64,000 nucleotides of DNA from NCBI GenBank assembly GCA_964016885.1, contig OZ024741.1, positions 273,420,001 to 273,484,000 of the forward strand, in the 5' to 3' direction. Source of the DNA: Eledone cirrhosa (taxonomy: Eukaryota). The first letter of the stretch is position 1. Each line of letters opens with the position of its first letter. The position numbers were made by a program, and so were the translations under genes. The notes under the pieces were generated by a model. It worked only from the letters and a program-made list of their open reading frames with translations, did no database searches and was not told where the DNA came from. Positions 46,910 to 60,500 of the stretch are shown in pieces.

Positions 46910-47960
46910 TGAAGACGAAGAAAAAGAAGAAGAAAAAGAAGAAAATGAAGAAAAGAAGAAGAAAAAGAAGAAAATGAAGAAGAAGAAGAAGAAAAAGAAG
47001 AAGAAGAAGAAGAAGAAGAAGAAGAAGGAAAAGAAAAATAACAACAGCTACAACAACAACAACAACAATAGAAACAAAGAAAAGAAGAAAAAAGAGGAAA
47101 AGAAGAAAAATAAAGAAGAAAATCAACCCCCACCAACATCCCCAGCAGTAGCAGCAGCACCACCACCACCACCACCATCACCACAATCACCACCATCACC
47201 ACCACCACCACCACTACCACTACCACCACCATCACCATCACCAGCATCAGCACCAGCACCAGTAACAGCACCACCACCAACACCCCCAGCAGCAGAAGCA
47301 GCAGCAGCAGCAGCAGCACCACCACCACCACTACCACTATCACCACCCACACCAGCATCAGCACCAGCACCAGCAGCAGCAGCACCACCACCACCACTAC
47401 CACCACCATCACCACCATCACCACCAACAGCAACACCACCACCATCACCAATACCAGCATCAGCACCAGCACCAGTAACAACACCACCACCACTACAACC
47501 ACCACAATCACCACCACCACCACCAACAACAACAACCACCATCACCATCACCACCATCACCAATACCAGCATCAGCACCAGCACCAGTAACAACACCACC
47601 ACCACTACAACCACCACAATCACCACCACCACCACCAACAACAACAACCACCATCACCATCACCACCATCACCAATACCAGCATCAGCACCAGCACCAGT
47701 AACAGCACCACCACTACAACCACCACAACCACCATCACCATCACCACCACCACCACAATCACCATCACCATCACCATCACTACCACCATCACCACCACCA
47801 TCACCATAACCACCACCACCACCACTGCCACCACCACCACCATCACCATCACCACCACCACCATAACCACCACTACCACCAACACCACAACCAGCAGCAG
47901 CAGACCACCACCACCACCACCACCACACCTCCAACAACAACAACAACAACAACAACAAGA
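46600..47960. repeat. (GAA)n tract followed by a (CAC/CAG/CAT)n cryptic array
   Basis: Visible directly, with internal block duplications. Confidence 0.9.
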
Positions 47961-48574
47961 GGAAAAGAAGGAAAAAATAAAGACGGAGGGTTCTATTAGA
48001 TAGAGATCGATTCCAATTTTGTAAATTTAACTAAGAACTAAATAAAATAATATAAAATAACATAAAGTATAATAAAATAAGAAGAAAACTCCTGGCTTAA
48101 ATTATACGTTTAAACGTCCTTTAAATGCATTCGTACATACAAATATATATTTCTGATTGCAACATTAAGCGACAGTATATAATTTAGAAAGATATCTTAG
48201 TTGTTGTTGTTCTTAAGCAATAAATCTTTTTAGTCTGTCATTTATGTTCGCTATAATTATCGATACATCATTCGGAATATTGTGATCTGAAGGGAAGAAG
48301 AAGAAATAGAGTTTGGTGAGCCTTTACTATAAAGATAGGTAGAGGTTGAGGGTGGTAGGCCGTTATATAGTAATACCGACACGTATGAAAATAAATGTTG
48401 CAAGGGCGTCCGTGAACTATGACAAAAACTGATAAATAAAGAGATATATAGATGCCTATTTCGTATCATAATGTGACAGAAATTGTAGGTTTGTGAATAC
48501 AGTGTTGTAGATTTTAAACGCAGCATTACCTGCTGAAAATACTAAAGACACACAGACATTCTAGCTTCGTTTAG

Positions 48575-48850
48575 TTAAGGCTCGTAGCTTAATGGGTAAA
48601 GTCTTATGCTCAAGATCGTAAGGTCGTGAATTCAATTCCCGTCGGTACATTTGTCTCCTTGAGCAAGATATTTTATATCACGTTGCTTTAGTCCTTACAG
48701 CTGGCAAAACACGAGTTGTAGCTGTAATTCAAACGGCCCTCCTAGTCACTCGCCGTGTTATGCTGAATCACCATGAGAACTGCGATAAGGAGACACGTGT
48801 CTGTGGAATGCTCAGTCAAAATTTGGTAGAGGGAGACTATCTGGAAGTTC
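48575..48850 (+). mobile_element. Degenerate SINE family B-related copy
   Basis: tagcttaatgg, gaattcaattccc, ccttgagcaagata. Confidence 0.6.
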
Positions 48851-49054
48851 GCCTTTTATGTATGTATGTATGTATGTATGTATGGATGGATGGATGGATG
48901 TATATATGTGTGTATGGATGTATGTATATATGTATGTATGGATCTATGGATGGATAGATGTGTGTGTGTGTGTGTGTCTACATATCTGCGTTTACGTGTA
49001 TCGATTATTTATGTTCCGTAATATAGCGTTTCGCCCCAAACTAATCAATATAAT

Positions 49055-49239
49055 TGTTTCTACTTTTGGCACAAGGCCAGCAATTATCCAGTGCATTACT
49101 GGTACTTTATTTTATCGACCCCGTAAGGATGAAAGGCAAAGTTAACCTCGGCGGGATTTGAACTCAAACCATAAAGGGGCGTAACTCTTTGCTGCAAAGC
49201 ATAGCGTCAGACCCTCTACCGATACTGCCAATCCACCGC
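49055..49239 (-). mobile_element. SINE family A with target-site duplication
   Basis: ccaaactaatcaatataat occurs on both sides (~49036-49054 and ~49240-49258). Confidence 0.9.
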
Positions 49240-49468
49240 CCAAACTAATCAATATAATATGTATCAGACTTGATAGAAGAAGTGCTGATGTCGATATGAT
49301 TAAAGTTGCCGTTGCATGGCCAGAGTCTAATGAATAGAAACAGTAGAAGAAATTAAAAAAAAGCAAAGAATAAATGTACATCCAGGCATTCCCCGACTTA
49401 CGAATGTGTTCCGTCTCAACCAACGAGTGTAAGCCTATGTGGACGTAACTTAAGGACCTATAGGAATG

Positions 49469-49542
<74 letters not shown>

Positions 49543-49564
49543 TTTTTCCATTACCATTATAAGG

Positions 49565-49649
49565 GGTCTGACGAGCCGCGGGTTACAGAGTCGGGATAGA
49601 TCGATACAGATCGAACCTTGAGCTGATCAGTGGCGAAACGCGCGTCACC
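49565..49649 (+). ncRNA. Type-I hammerhead ribozyme motif, canonical core, extended stem II
   Basis: GGT-CTGACGA-GCCGC...GTGGC-GAAA-CGCGCG-TC-ACC, with a GUC site, palindromic stem III and AATAAA 4 nt downstream. Lies in a ~270-bp module between (TA)n tracts. Confidence 0.85.
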
Positions 49650-49803
49650 AGCCAATAAACGTAATGAAGGAGTAATCAATCGTCCTTGTTATTTTATTTC
49701 ACTATAACACACTCTGTCTAGCTCTACACCTCGACACTGAAGTGAACCTAAACATCGAGTGCTCAGCCGGGTGAACCTACAATAACTCCAAGTTACACTC
49801 CCT

Positions 49804-49843
<40 letters not shown>

Positions 49844-49959
49844 GGAAACGAATGAAACGAAATTTCATTTCTCACTCTTAGTACGGCTGATACCTAAATA
49901 TAAGTATGTATACGTACATACATATATGTGTACAGACGTACAGTATTATGTATATAATA

Positions 49960-50148
49960 TGGCAGTGGATTGGCAGTATCGGTAGAGGGTCGGACGCCAT
50001 GCTTTCCAGCATAGTTACGTCCCTTTACGATCTGAGTTCAAATCCCGCCGAGGTTGACTTTGCCTTTCATCCTTACGGGGTCGATAAAATAAAGTACCAG
50101 TAATGCACTGGGTAATTGGTGGCCTTGTGCCTAAAGTAGAAACAATTA
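49960..50148 (+). mobile_element. SINE family A, full length
   Basis: ggcagtggattggcagtatcggtagag..gagttcaaatccc..aaagtagaaacaatt. Confidence 0.9.
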
Positions 50149-50459
50149 TGTATATATATACATACATGCACACATATATATATATGTACGTATGGGTTTA
50201 CAGAACATTTATTATAATGTTCGGTTTGTTTGTAAACAAACAGCCCGAATTATGCCGTACAGTGCTCGGCAACCATCGTCGACCTTTTGTTCAACACTGA
50301 CACTGAGAAATGAAATTTCGTTTCATTCTTTTCCATTTATCGTTTTCGGTGCGCCCGGCCGACTAACTCACTCGATATGCAAATTAGGCTGCTCAGCCGT
50401 TAATATGCATAAGGAAAGTATATACTTTCAAACGTTCAATCATCTGACAGAAAGGTATA

Positions 50460-50500
50460 CGATACTGACGATAGCTAATAAGCTTGAAACTAGTACATCG
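50460..50500 (+). ncRNA. Minimal hammerhead motif
   Basis: CGATa-CTGACGA-T-AGCT-aata-AGCT-T-GAAA-CTAG-TA-cATCG, with one mismatch at the base of stem I. Confidence 0.65.
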
Positions 50501-50702
50501 TTCCTGTGTCAGTGTTGAACAAAAGGGCGACGATGGTTGCCGAGCACTGTACGGCTTAATTCGGGCTGTTTGTTTACAAGCAAACCGGGCATTATAATAA
50601 ATGTTCGGTAAACCCATACGTACATATATATGTGTGTGCATGTATGTATGTATATACATACTACTGTACGTCTGTACACATATATGTATATACGTATACA
50701 TA

Positions 50703-50770
<68 letters not shown>

Positions 50771-50771
<1 letters not shown>

Positions 50772-50949
50772 CGAGGGAAAAGTGGTAAGGAACCAGGTGG
50801 ACCATAACGCACCAAAGTACTCAATACTTAGGGTAGTAGAGTGGGTAATAGGAGTAAGTAAGACCCCGACGGCTGAGCTCAAGCCGTTTCGACGGTACAG
50901 AATTAGCCGTCGAAACGGCTTGAGCTCAGCTGTCGGGGTCTTACTTACT

Positions 50950-50954
<5 letters not shown>
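50771..50954. mobile_element. Fold-back element, family copy 3
   Basis: Arms taggagtaagtaagaccccgacggctgagctcaagccgtttcgacgg and ccgtcgaaacggcttgagctcagctgtcggggtcttacttactccta. Confidence 0.78.
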
Positions 50955-51009
<55 letters not shown>

Positions 51010-51104
51010 GGGGGTGAGTTTTATTGTAGTACAATAAAGCAATGCAGATATCGGATAAGTAGCACTCTACACTTTGTAGGACTGGAGTATAAATAATATA
51101 AGCT

Positions 51105-51310
51105 CAAAAGATGGTTAAAAGAGTTCCATGTATTTTATTATGCGCATTTCAATATGTTGATTTAAAACTTCACTATTCACAAGTGTTTTTTAACCTTCAT
51201 ATCATGTATCTCTATTTTATCTGACGAAAACGCAAATCTCATCTCATGATGATATTTGCTTTTGAAATGCGCATAATAAAATACATGGAACTCTTTTAAC
51301 CATCTTTTGA
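51105..51310 (+). mobile_element. Fold-back module with ~49-bp inverted arms containing a hammerhead
   Basis: tcaaaagatggttaaaagagttccatgtattttattatgcgcatttcaa, with its reverse complement at 51262-51310. Confidence 0.78.
51215..51281 (+). ncRNA. Type-I hammerhead ribozyme motif
   Basis: TTTTAT-CTGACGA-AAAcGCAAAT.TCATC/GATGA.ATTTGCTTTT-GAAA-TGCGCA-TA-ATAAAA. Confidence 0.75.
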
Positions 51311-51313
51311 TCT

Positions 51314-51425
<112 letters not shown>

Positions 51426-51684
51426 TGTTGTGTGGGGGAGAGAGAGAGAGGGGGGTGAGAAGAAGATAATGATGAGAAGGATGATGAAGTTCGTGGAGGT
51501 GTTGGTGGTAATGTTGGAGGTGTTGGAGTTGGTGTTGGTATTGGAGGTGGTGTTGGAGGTGGTGGAGTTGGAGGCAGTGGAGATGGTGGAGGTAGTGGAG
51601 ATGGTGGTAGTGTAAAGTTATTTTTATATTGTGTTTTGTTTGGTTTTGTTTCATATTTTCTCATATTAATTCACTGTTGCTGCC

Positions 51685-51900
51685 CTTTGTTTACAACCGA
51701 CACTTAATAAACGATAGGGGCACGGAGGGCGAGGTTGCGAGGGGCGGTGCGGTGCTGACTGTCGAGAATAAAAGCTAGAAAGCGCAAGCTGTGTTGGTTT
51801 TCAACACATTGCCACCAGATGGCGTTGTTGAACGGAAGTTAAGAAGAAAGAACAGAGTGGAGAGCGAGGAGAGAGGAGGTAGAGGTGTAAAGTAAGTGTA
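51685..51900 (+). promoter_or_regulatory. Candidate promoter/insulator: CTCF-like site, GC box, ETS, Fox and a downstream splice donor
   Basis: TGCCACCAGATGGCG at 51810-51824, GGGGCGG at 51741, CGGAAGT at 51833, TGTTTAC at 51688 and GTAAGT at 51892, all in a non-repetitive CpG-containing island. Confidence 0.45.
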
Positions 51901-52185
51901 AAGTTAAGTTCATGTCAGACGCCACTTCATGTTGTTCGATTTTTATGAAGAGAGAAAAAGAAAGAAGAATTTGGCGGCGGAGTCGTGTAAACATGAAAAT
52001 AAACACAACGTTCTTTTACCTGCTTCCATCATATGGCTAGCGAGAAAGACATGCTGTTTGTTGTTCGCGTTGGCTTCTATTGTATACAACTTCCTTCACC
52101 TCTCTCTCTCACAGACATATGCACGTTCCACCCTCACTCTCTGAGGTGTCTATTGTTTCCCCTTATCGTTAAGGCTCAATCTCTT

Positions 52186-52243
<58 letters not shown>

Positions 52244-52384
52244 CTCACTCTCTCTCTCTCTCATTGCTCCCTCTTCTCCTTTTCTCTCTCTCACTCTTTT
52301 TCTCCCTCCCTTCCCTTTCTCCCTATCTTTTCTCCTTCTCTCTTTTATCTCTCTCTATTTCTTTCTCTTTCTCTCTCTCTCTCT

Positions 52385-52449
<65 letters not shown>

Positions 52450-52450
<1 letters not shown>

Positions 52451-52680
52451 GGATGCGTGTGGCTGAGTGGTAAGAGAATTGGATTCGTAATGGTGAAGTC
52501 GTGAGTTCGATTCCCTGACTGGCCGATGCGTTATGTTCTTGAGCAAGACACTTTATTTCACGTTGCTCCTTCTACCTGGAGTTGCGACCGATAGAGAGTA
52601 TTAGCAATTGGAAAGACCAACGGAAATATTGTTTCCTCGGCCGATTTGACGAAAGTCCATCGATCTTCCTATACCGCTTT
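52450..52680 (+). mobile_element. SINE family B, full length
   Basis: A and B boxes present; high similarity to 11823-12030. Confidence 0.88.
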
Positions 52681-52960
52681 TGAACAGAATTAATCTATCT
52701 ATATATACATATATATTATATATATATAAATATATATAATATGGTATTTTGACTGCGGTAATTTCACTCCCGATATTAGAAAAAATAAAACGTTGAAATT
52801 CATCCTTATTATTATTATTATTTATTATAGGCGGTGGATTGGCAGAAAAGAGTTACGGCCCTTTATGGTCTGAGTTCATATCCCGCCGAGGTTAACTTTG
52901 CCTTGACCAAAGTAGAAATAATAATTATTATTATTTATTATCAGTTCAAAACATAAACCC

Positions 52961-53003
<43 letters not shown>

Positions 53004-53413
53004 ACACACACACACACACATTCGGTTTCCTAAATAGAATATTAGTCTAATGACTCCATTTATACCATAAACGTGGTTTTGTCTTTGCGTGTAATTGTTC
53101 TCAGCGCTCCACATAACGACGTATTATCTTCGCATTTTTCCGTTCATTGCCAGGGAACGTCTTCACGAACCAAAGTATCGTCTTCCTGTTTTCCTTCGGT
53201 TGCAACGTTTTTCGAAATATTTACTTCTGCGTTCACAGATTGATTTTTTTTTAGTTTCAGAAGATCCCGTTAAGGGTGAAAGCAGCGATTCTTTGCTTAA
53301 ACTTTAATCTGTTATTTTAATAAATATTTCCTCTAGGGTTCTTATATATTTGATATATATTTATTCTTATCGAGCCCTCTTTGTATTTTAGTCTTCACAT
53401 TTAATATTACTAT

Positions 53414-53499
<86 letters not shown>

Positions 53500-53625
53500 T
53501 TCATACTAATAAAACAGTTCTAGTCCCGTAGAAACCATTTCTATATCAAATGTGATGTTTACACTCTATAAATTATTGATACCGTTTAAAATTGTGATTA
53601 CCCCCAGATTTTATTCGGGATCTAC

Positions 53626-53970
<345 letters not shown>

Positions 53971-54199
53971 AAACCGGGTGAGGACTCTTAACGACGGAAA
54001 TGACGTCATCGGCCGGTATGGGGAAGCGAACCCCATATCTCCCAGACACCGTCCTTCTGTCTGCGTGCCTGTGTCTGTGCATGTGTGTGTCTGTCTGTAT
54101 CTGTGTCTGTACGTGTGTGTGCGCGTGTGTATATATGTGCCTATATCTGTGTCTGTGCGTGTGTGTGCGCGTGTATGTGCGTGTGTATTTGTATATGCC

Positions 54200-55492
54200 T
54201 CTACGTGTACGTATATGTCTCTCTCTACGTGTACGTATATGTCTGTACGTGTATGTATATGTCTGTACGTGTATGTATATGTCTGTACGTGTATATATAT
54301 GTCTGCATTGTATGTATATGTCTGTACGTGTATGTATATGTCTGTACGTGTATGTATATGTCTGTACGTGTATGTATATGTCTGTACGTGTACGTATATG
54401 TCTGTACGTGTATGTATATGTCTGTACGTGTATGTATATGTCTGTACGTGTATGTATATGTCTGTACGTGTATGTATATGTCTGTACGTGTATGTATATG
54501 TCTCTACGTGTACGTATATGTCTGTACGTGTATGTATATGTCTGTACGTGTATGTATATGTCTGTACGTGTATATATATGTCTGCATTGTATGTATATGT
54601 CTGTACGTGTATGTATATGTCTGTACGTGTACGTATATGTCTGTACGTGTATGTATATGTCTCTACGTGTACGTATATGTCTGTACGTGTATGTATATGT
54701 CTGTACGTGTATGTATATGTCTGTACGTGTATGTATATGTCTGTACGTGTATATATATGTCTGCATTGTATGTATATGTCTGTACGTGTATGTATATGTC
54801 TGTACGTGTATGTATATGTCTGTACGTGTATGTATATGTCTGTACGTGTATGTATATGTCTGTACGTGTATGTATATGTCTGTATGTGTATGTATATGCC
54901 TGTACGTGTACGTATATGTCTGTACGTGTATGTATATGTCTGTACGTGTATGTATATGTCTGTACGTGTACGTATATGTCTGTACGTGTATGTATATGTC
55001 TGTACGTGTATGTATATGTCTGTACGTGTATGTATATGTCTGTACGTGTACGTATATGTCTGTACGTGTATCTATATGTCTGTACGTGTATGTATATGTC
55101 TGTACGTGTATGTATATGTCTGTACGTGTATGTATATGTCTGTACGTGTATGTATATGTCTGTACGTGTATGTATATATCTGTACGTGTACGTATATGTC
55201 TGTACGTGTATGTATATGTCTGTACGTGTATGTATATGTCTGTACGTGTATGTATATGTCTGTACGTGTATGTATATATCTGTACGTGTATGTATATGTC
55301 TGTACGTGTATGTATATGTCTGTACGTGTACGTATATGTCTGTACGTGTACGTATATGTCTGTACGTGTACGTATATGTCTGTACGTGTATGTATATGTC
55401 TGTACGTGTACGTATATGTCTGTACGTGTATGTATATGTTTGTACGTGTACGTATATGTCTGTACGTGTATGTATATGTCTGGACGTGTATG
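54200..55492. repeat. 20-bp minisatellite (~64 units)
   Basis: Unit TCTGTACGTGTATGTATATG. Confidence 0.97.
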
Positions 55493-55804
55493 TGTGTGTG
55501 ATGGATCAAACGCCATCAATGCAAATTCGAAGAGATGTAGTGTGTGTATTGTTGGGTATCTTTATGAAAACAGGCGAATGTTGTGATATGAATCAGTCTA
55601 CGAACCTTTAGACTCCATTACCAATTAACTCTTTACTTTTTGACGTTATCAAATGTTAGAAATTTACTTCAGCTGATAAAATTTCTGCCTAATCTTGCCT
55701 CATCGATCTTAACGGCCATTTTTAGACTTCGACTTCAATACAATGATCGTCATAACAGCATACAATGAGACATCGCAGAGTTTCGTTTTTGCATTACAGA
55801 AACT

Positions 55805-56080
55805 ATTTTGCAGCAAAAGAGTTACGGCCCTTTACGGTCTGAGTTCAAATTCCGCCGAGGTTAACTTTGCCGTTCATCCTTACGGGGTCGATAAAATAAA
55901 AGTACCAGTAATGCACTGAGATAATTGCTGGCCTTGTGCCAAAAGTAGAAACAATTATTATTATTATTGGATTTGCAGTAATCGGTAGAGCGTCGGACAC
56001 GATGCTTTTCAGCTTAGAGTTATGGCCCTTTACGTTATAAGTTCAAATCACGCCGAGGTTAGCTTTGTCATTCATCCTTA
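55805..56080 (+). mobile_element. Two SINE family A copies, both partial
   Basis: Copies at ~55805-55955 and ~55968-56080. Confidence 0.8.
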
Positions 56081-56179
56081 TTGCAATGCTGGATGGAGTC
56101 TCGCGGATTCTCTCAGGATATCGTCCTTAACATCTGCTATTTCTTAATTGTTCGTTTCGTTAAATATATGTTAATTCAC

Positions 56180-57005
56180 AACCACCGCCACCACCACCGC
56201 CACCACCACCGCCACCACCACCACCAATACCACCACCAACAGCACCACCGTCATCCCCGCTAACACAACTGTAAGCAACCATGTCCACCACCCCACAACA
56301 ACCACCACCACCATCAACCCTCTCACCGCAGCTACCCACAAACAGAACTGTAGACAACCATGCCCCCCCCCCCCCACCACCACCACTACAACACCACCCC
56401 ATCCCACCAACCACCACCACCACTCCCCAACACCGCCACCAACACATCTGTAGACCACCACGTCAACCACCACCCCGCAACCACCACCACTCCCCACCAC
56501 CACCACCAACACAACTGTAGACAACCACCACCAGCACCCCCCCACACACACCACCAATCCCCCCCACCACTACTCCCCACCACCGCCACCAACACAACTG
56601 TAGACGACCACTACCACCCCACAACCACCACCACCACCACTCCCCACCACCGCCACCAACACAACTGTAGACCACCACTACCCCCTACCCGCCCTACCAT
56701 CCCGCAACCACTACCACCACCACTCCCCACCCCGCCACCAACACAACTGTAGACCACCACCACCTCACAACCACCACTACCCCCTACACGCCCCTACCAC
56801 CCCGCAACCACCACCACCACCACCACCACTCCCCACCCCGCCACCAACACAACTGTAGACCACCACCACCCCACAACCACCACTACCCCCTACCCGCCCC
56901 TACCACCCCGCAACCACCACCACCAACACAACTGTAGACAACCACCACCGCCACCACCTCACCACCACCACCACCACCACCACTACCACCACCACCACCC
57001 CCGCA
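56180..57005. repeat. C-rich variable-length minisatellite
   Basis: Anchor caccaacacaactgtagac repeated about 9 times among (CAC)n. Confidence 0.85.
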
Positions 57006-57579
57006 GCCCTTATTTCCATTATTACGAGTTCCAAACTTAATTGTGTCTCAGTTCATCTCAATTAGAAATATCTCTACTAATTGCATTTGACCCTTACAAT
57101 ATTCCTATTACTATAGAAAATATACTAATTAATTAATTAACAATGACTTATTCCATAGGCACAGGGACTCAAATTGGGGAGATAGGGGTGAGGTGGGAAG
57201 CCGATTAAATTGATTTACTCCCCCCCCCCCCCCCCCCCGCGCCCTCACGTTGCCAAATCAATTTAAGAAGAAAGTAGCAAACATTTTTTTAAAGAAGTGG
57301 ATTTTGTTGGAAAATATCACAAAATTAAAATAAAAACGAAAACAAAACTCCATCGTCACCACCTGGCCGTCATAATTAATTAATTAATTAATTAATTAAT
57401 TTTTATAAGATAATTATTCACCTTTCAAACATTCGTTCAACGGTGGCATTACTTAAACAGTCAAAGTCATTTTTTGTGGTTTATTGTACAAAGGTCGACT
57501 GAAAGATTTCTAGGCTGAAGAGTTCATAGGTTGACCAAGATACTCGCATAGAATGAAATCTACTGTACTTAGATAATAT

Positions 57580-60500
57580 TTGTAAAGTGTCTGTATGTCA
57601 CTATGTCACCGTTATCACACCAGATAGTGTCTGTAATGTGTCTGTATGTCACTATGTCATTGTTATCAGACCAGATAGTGTCTGTAAAGTGTCTGTATGT
57701 AACTGTGTCACCGTTATCAGACCAGATAGTGTCTGTAAAGTGTCTGTATGTCACTATGTCACTGTTATCAGACCAGATAGTGTCTGTAAAGTGTCTGTAT
57801 ATCACTATGTCACTGTTATCAGACCAGATAGTGTCTGTAATGTGCCTGTATGTCACTATGTGACCGCTATCAGACCAGATAGTGTCTGTAAAGTGTCTGT
57901 ATGTCACTATGTCACTGTTATCAGACCAGATAGTGTCTGTAAAGTATCTGTGTGTCACTATGTCAACGCTATCAGACCAGATAGTGTCTGTAAAGTCTCT
58001 GTATGTCACTATGTCACTGTTATCAGACCAGATAGTGTCTGTAAAGTGTCTGTATGTCACTATGTCACTGTTATCAGACCAGATAGTGTCTGTAAAGTGT
58101 CTGTATGTCACTATGTCACTGTTATCAGACCAGATAGTGTCTGTAAAGTGTCTGTATGTCACTGTGTCACCGTTATCAGACCAGATAGTGTCTGTAAAGT
58201 GTCTGTATGTAACTGTGTCACCGTTATCAGACCAGATAGTGTCTGTAAAGTGTCTGTATGTCACTATGTCACTGTTATCAGACCAGATAGTGTCTGTAAA
58301 GTGTCTGTATATCACTATGTCACTGTTATCAGACCAGATAGTGTCTGTAATGTGCCTGTATGTCACTATGTGACCGCTATCAGACCAGATAGTGTCTGTA
58401 AAGTGTCTGTATGTCACTATGTCACTGTTATCAGACCAGATAGTGTCTGTAAAGTATCTGTGTGTCACTATGTCACCGCTATCAGACCAGATAGTGTCTG
58501 CAAAGTCTCTGTATGTCACTATGTCACTGTTATCAGACCAGATAGTGTCTGTAAAGTGTCTGTATGTCACTATGTCACTGTTATCAGACAAGATAGTGTC
58601 TGTAATGTGTCTGTATGTCACTATGTCACCGCTATCAGACCAGATAGTGTCTGTAAAGTGTCTGAATGTCACTATGTCACTGTTATCAGACCAGATAGTG
58701 TCTGTAAAGTGTCTGTATGTCACTATGTCACTGCCATCAGACCAGATAGTGTCTGTAAAGTGTCTGTATGTCACTATGTCACTGTTATCAGACCAGATAG
58801 TGTCTGTAGTGTGTCTGTATGTCACTATGTCACCGCTATCAGACCAGATAGTGTCTGTAAAGTGTCTGTATGTCACTATGTCACTGTTATCAGACCAGAC
58901 AGTGTCTGTAAAGTGTCTGTATGTCACTATGTCACTGCTGTCAGACCAGATAGTGTCTGTAAAGTGTCTGTATGTCACTATGTCACTGTCATCAGACCAG
59001 ATAGTGTCTGTAATGTGTCTGTATGTCACTATGTCACCGCTATCAGACCAGACAGTGTCTGTATGTCACTATGTCACCGCTATCAGACCAGATAGTGTCT
59101 GTAAAGTGGCTGTATGTCACTATGTAACCGCTATCAGACCAGATAGTGTCTGTAATGTGTCTGTATGTCACTATGTCACCGCTATCAGACCAAACAATGT
59201 CTGTAATGTGTCTGTATTTCACTATGTCACCGCCATCAGACCAGATAGTGTCTGTAATGTGGCTGTATGTCACTATGTCACCGCTATCAGACCAGATAGT
59301 GTCTGTAAAGTGTCTGTATGTCACTATGTCACCGCTATCAGACCAGATAGTGTCTGTAAAGTGGCTGTATGTCACTATATCACCGCTATCAGACCAGATA
59401 GTGTCTGTATGTCACTATGTCGCCGCTATCGGACCAGATAATGTCTGCAATGTGGCTGTATGTCACTATGTGACTGGTATCAGACCAGATAGTGTCTGTA
59501 AAGTGTCCGTATGTCACTATGTCACCGCTATCAGACCAGATAGTGTCTGTATGTCACTATGTCACCGCTATCAGACCAGATAGTGTCTGTAAAGTGTCTG
59601 TATGTCACTATGTCACTGTTATCAGACCAGATAGTGTCTGTAAAGTGTCTGTATGTCACTATGTCACTGTTATCAGACCAGATAGTGTCTGTAAAGTGTC
59701 TGTATGTCACTATGTCACTGTTATCAGACCAGATAGTGTCTGTAAAGTGTCTGTATGTCACAGTGTCACCGTTATCAGACCAGATAGTGTCTGTAAAGTG
59801 TCTGTATGTAGCTGTGTCACCGTTATCAGACCAGATAGTGTCTGTAAAGTGTCTCTATGTCACTATGTCACTGTTATCAGACCAGATAGTGTCTGTAAAG
59901 TGTCTGTATATCACTATGTCACTGTTATCAGACCAGATAGTGTCTGTAATGTGTCTGTATGTCACTATGTGACCGCTATCAGACCAGATAGTGTCTGTAA
60001 AGTGTCTGTATGTCACTATGTCACTGTTATCAGACCAGATAGTGTCTGTAAAGTATCTGTGTGTCACTATGTCACCGCTATCAGACCAGATAGTGTCTGT
60101 AAAGTCTCTGTATGTCACTATGTCACTGTTATCAGACCAGATAGTGTCTGTAAAGTGTCTGTATGTCACTATGTCACTGTTATCAGACAAGATAGTGTCT
60201 GTAATGTGTCTGTATGTCACTATGTCACCGCTATCAGACGAGATAGTGTCTGTAAAGTGTCTGAATGTCACTATGTCACTGTTATCAGACCAGATAGTGT
60301 CTGTAAAGTGTCTGTATGTCACAATGTCACTGCCATCAGACCAGATAGTGTCTGTAAAGTGTCTGTATGTCACTATGTCACTGTTATCAGACCAGATAGT
60401 GTCTGTAATGTGTCTGTATGTCACTATGTCACCGCTATCAGACCAGATAGTGTCTGTAAAGTGTCTGTATGTCACTATGTCACTGTTATCAGACCAGACA

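Larger units (their letters stand above)
49900..50705 (+). mobile_element. Fold-back module with ~200-bp inverted arms; left arm interrupted by a SINE
   Basis: 49900-49950 plus 50148-50302 is the reverse complement of 50505-50705. Confidence 0.75.

Noticed and set aside
46974-47702. Proline-rich extensin- or formin-like ORF
   Set aside because: It is a (CAC/CAG)n low-complexity tract following (GAA)n, with no coding evidence.
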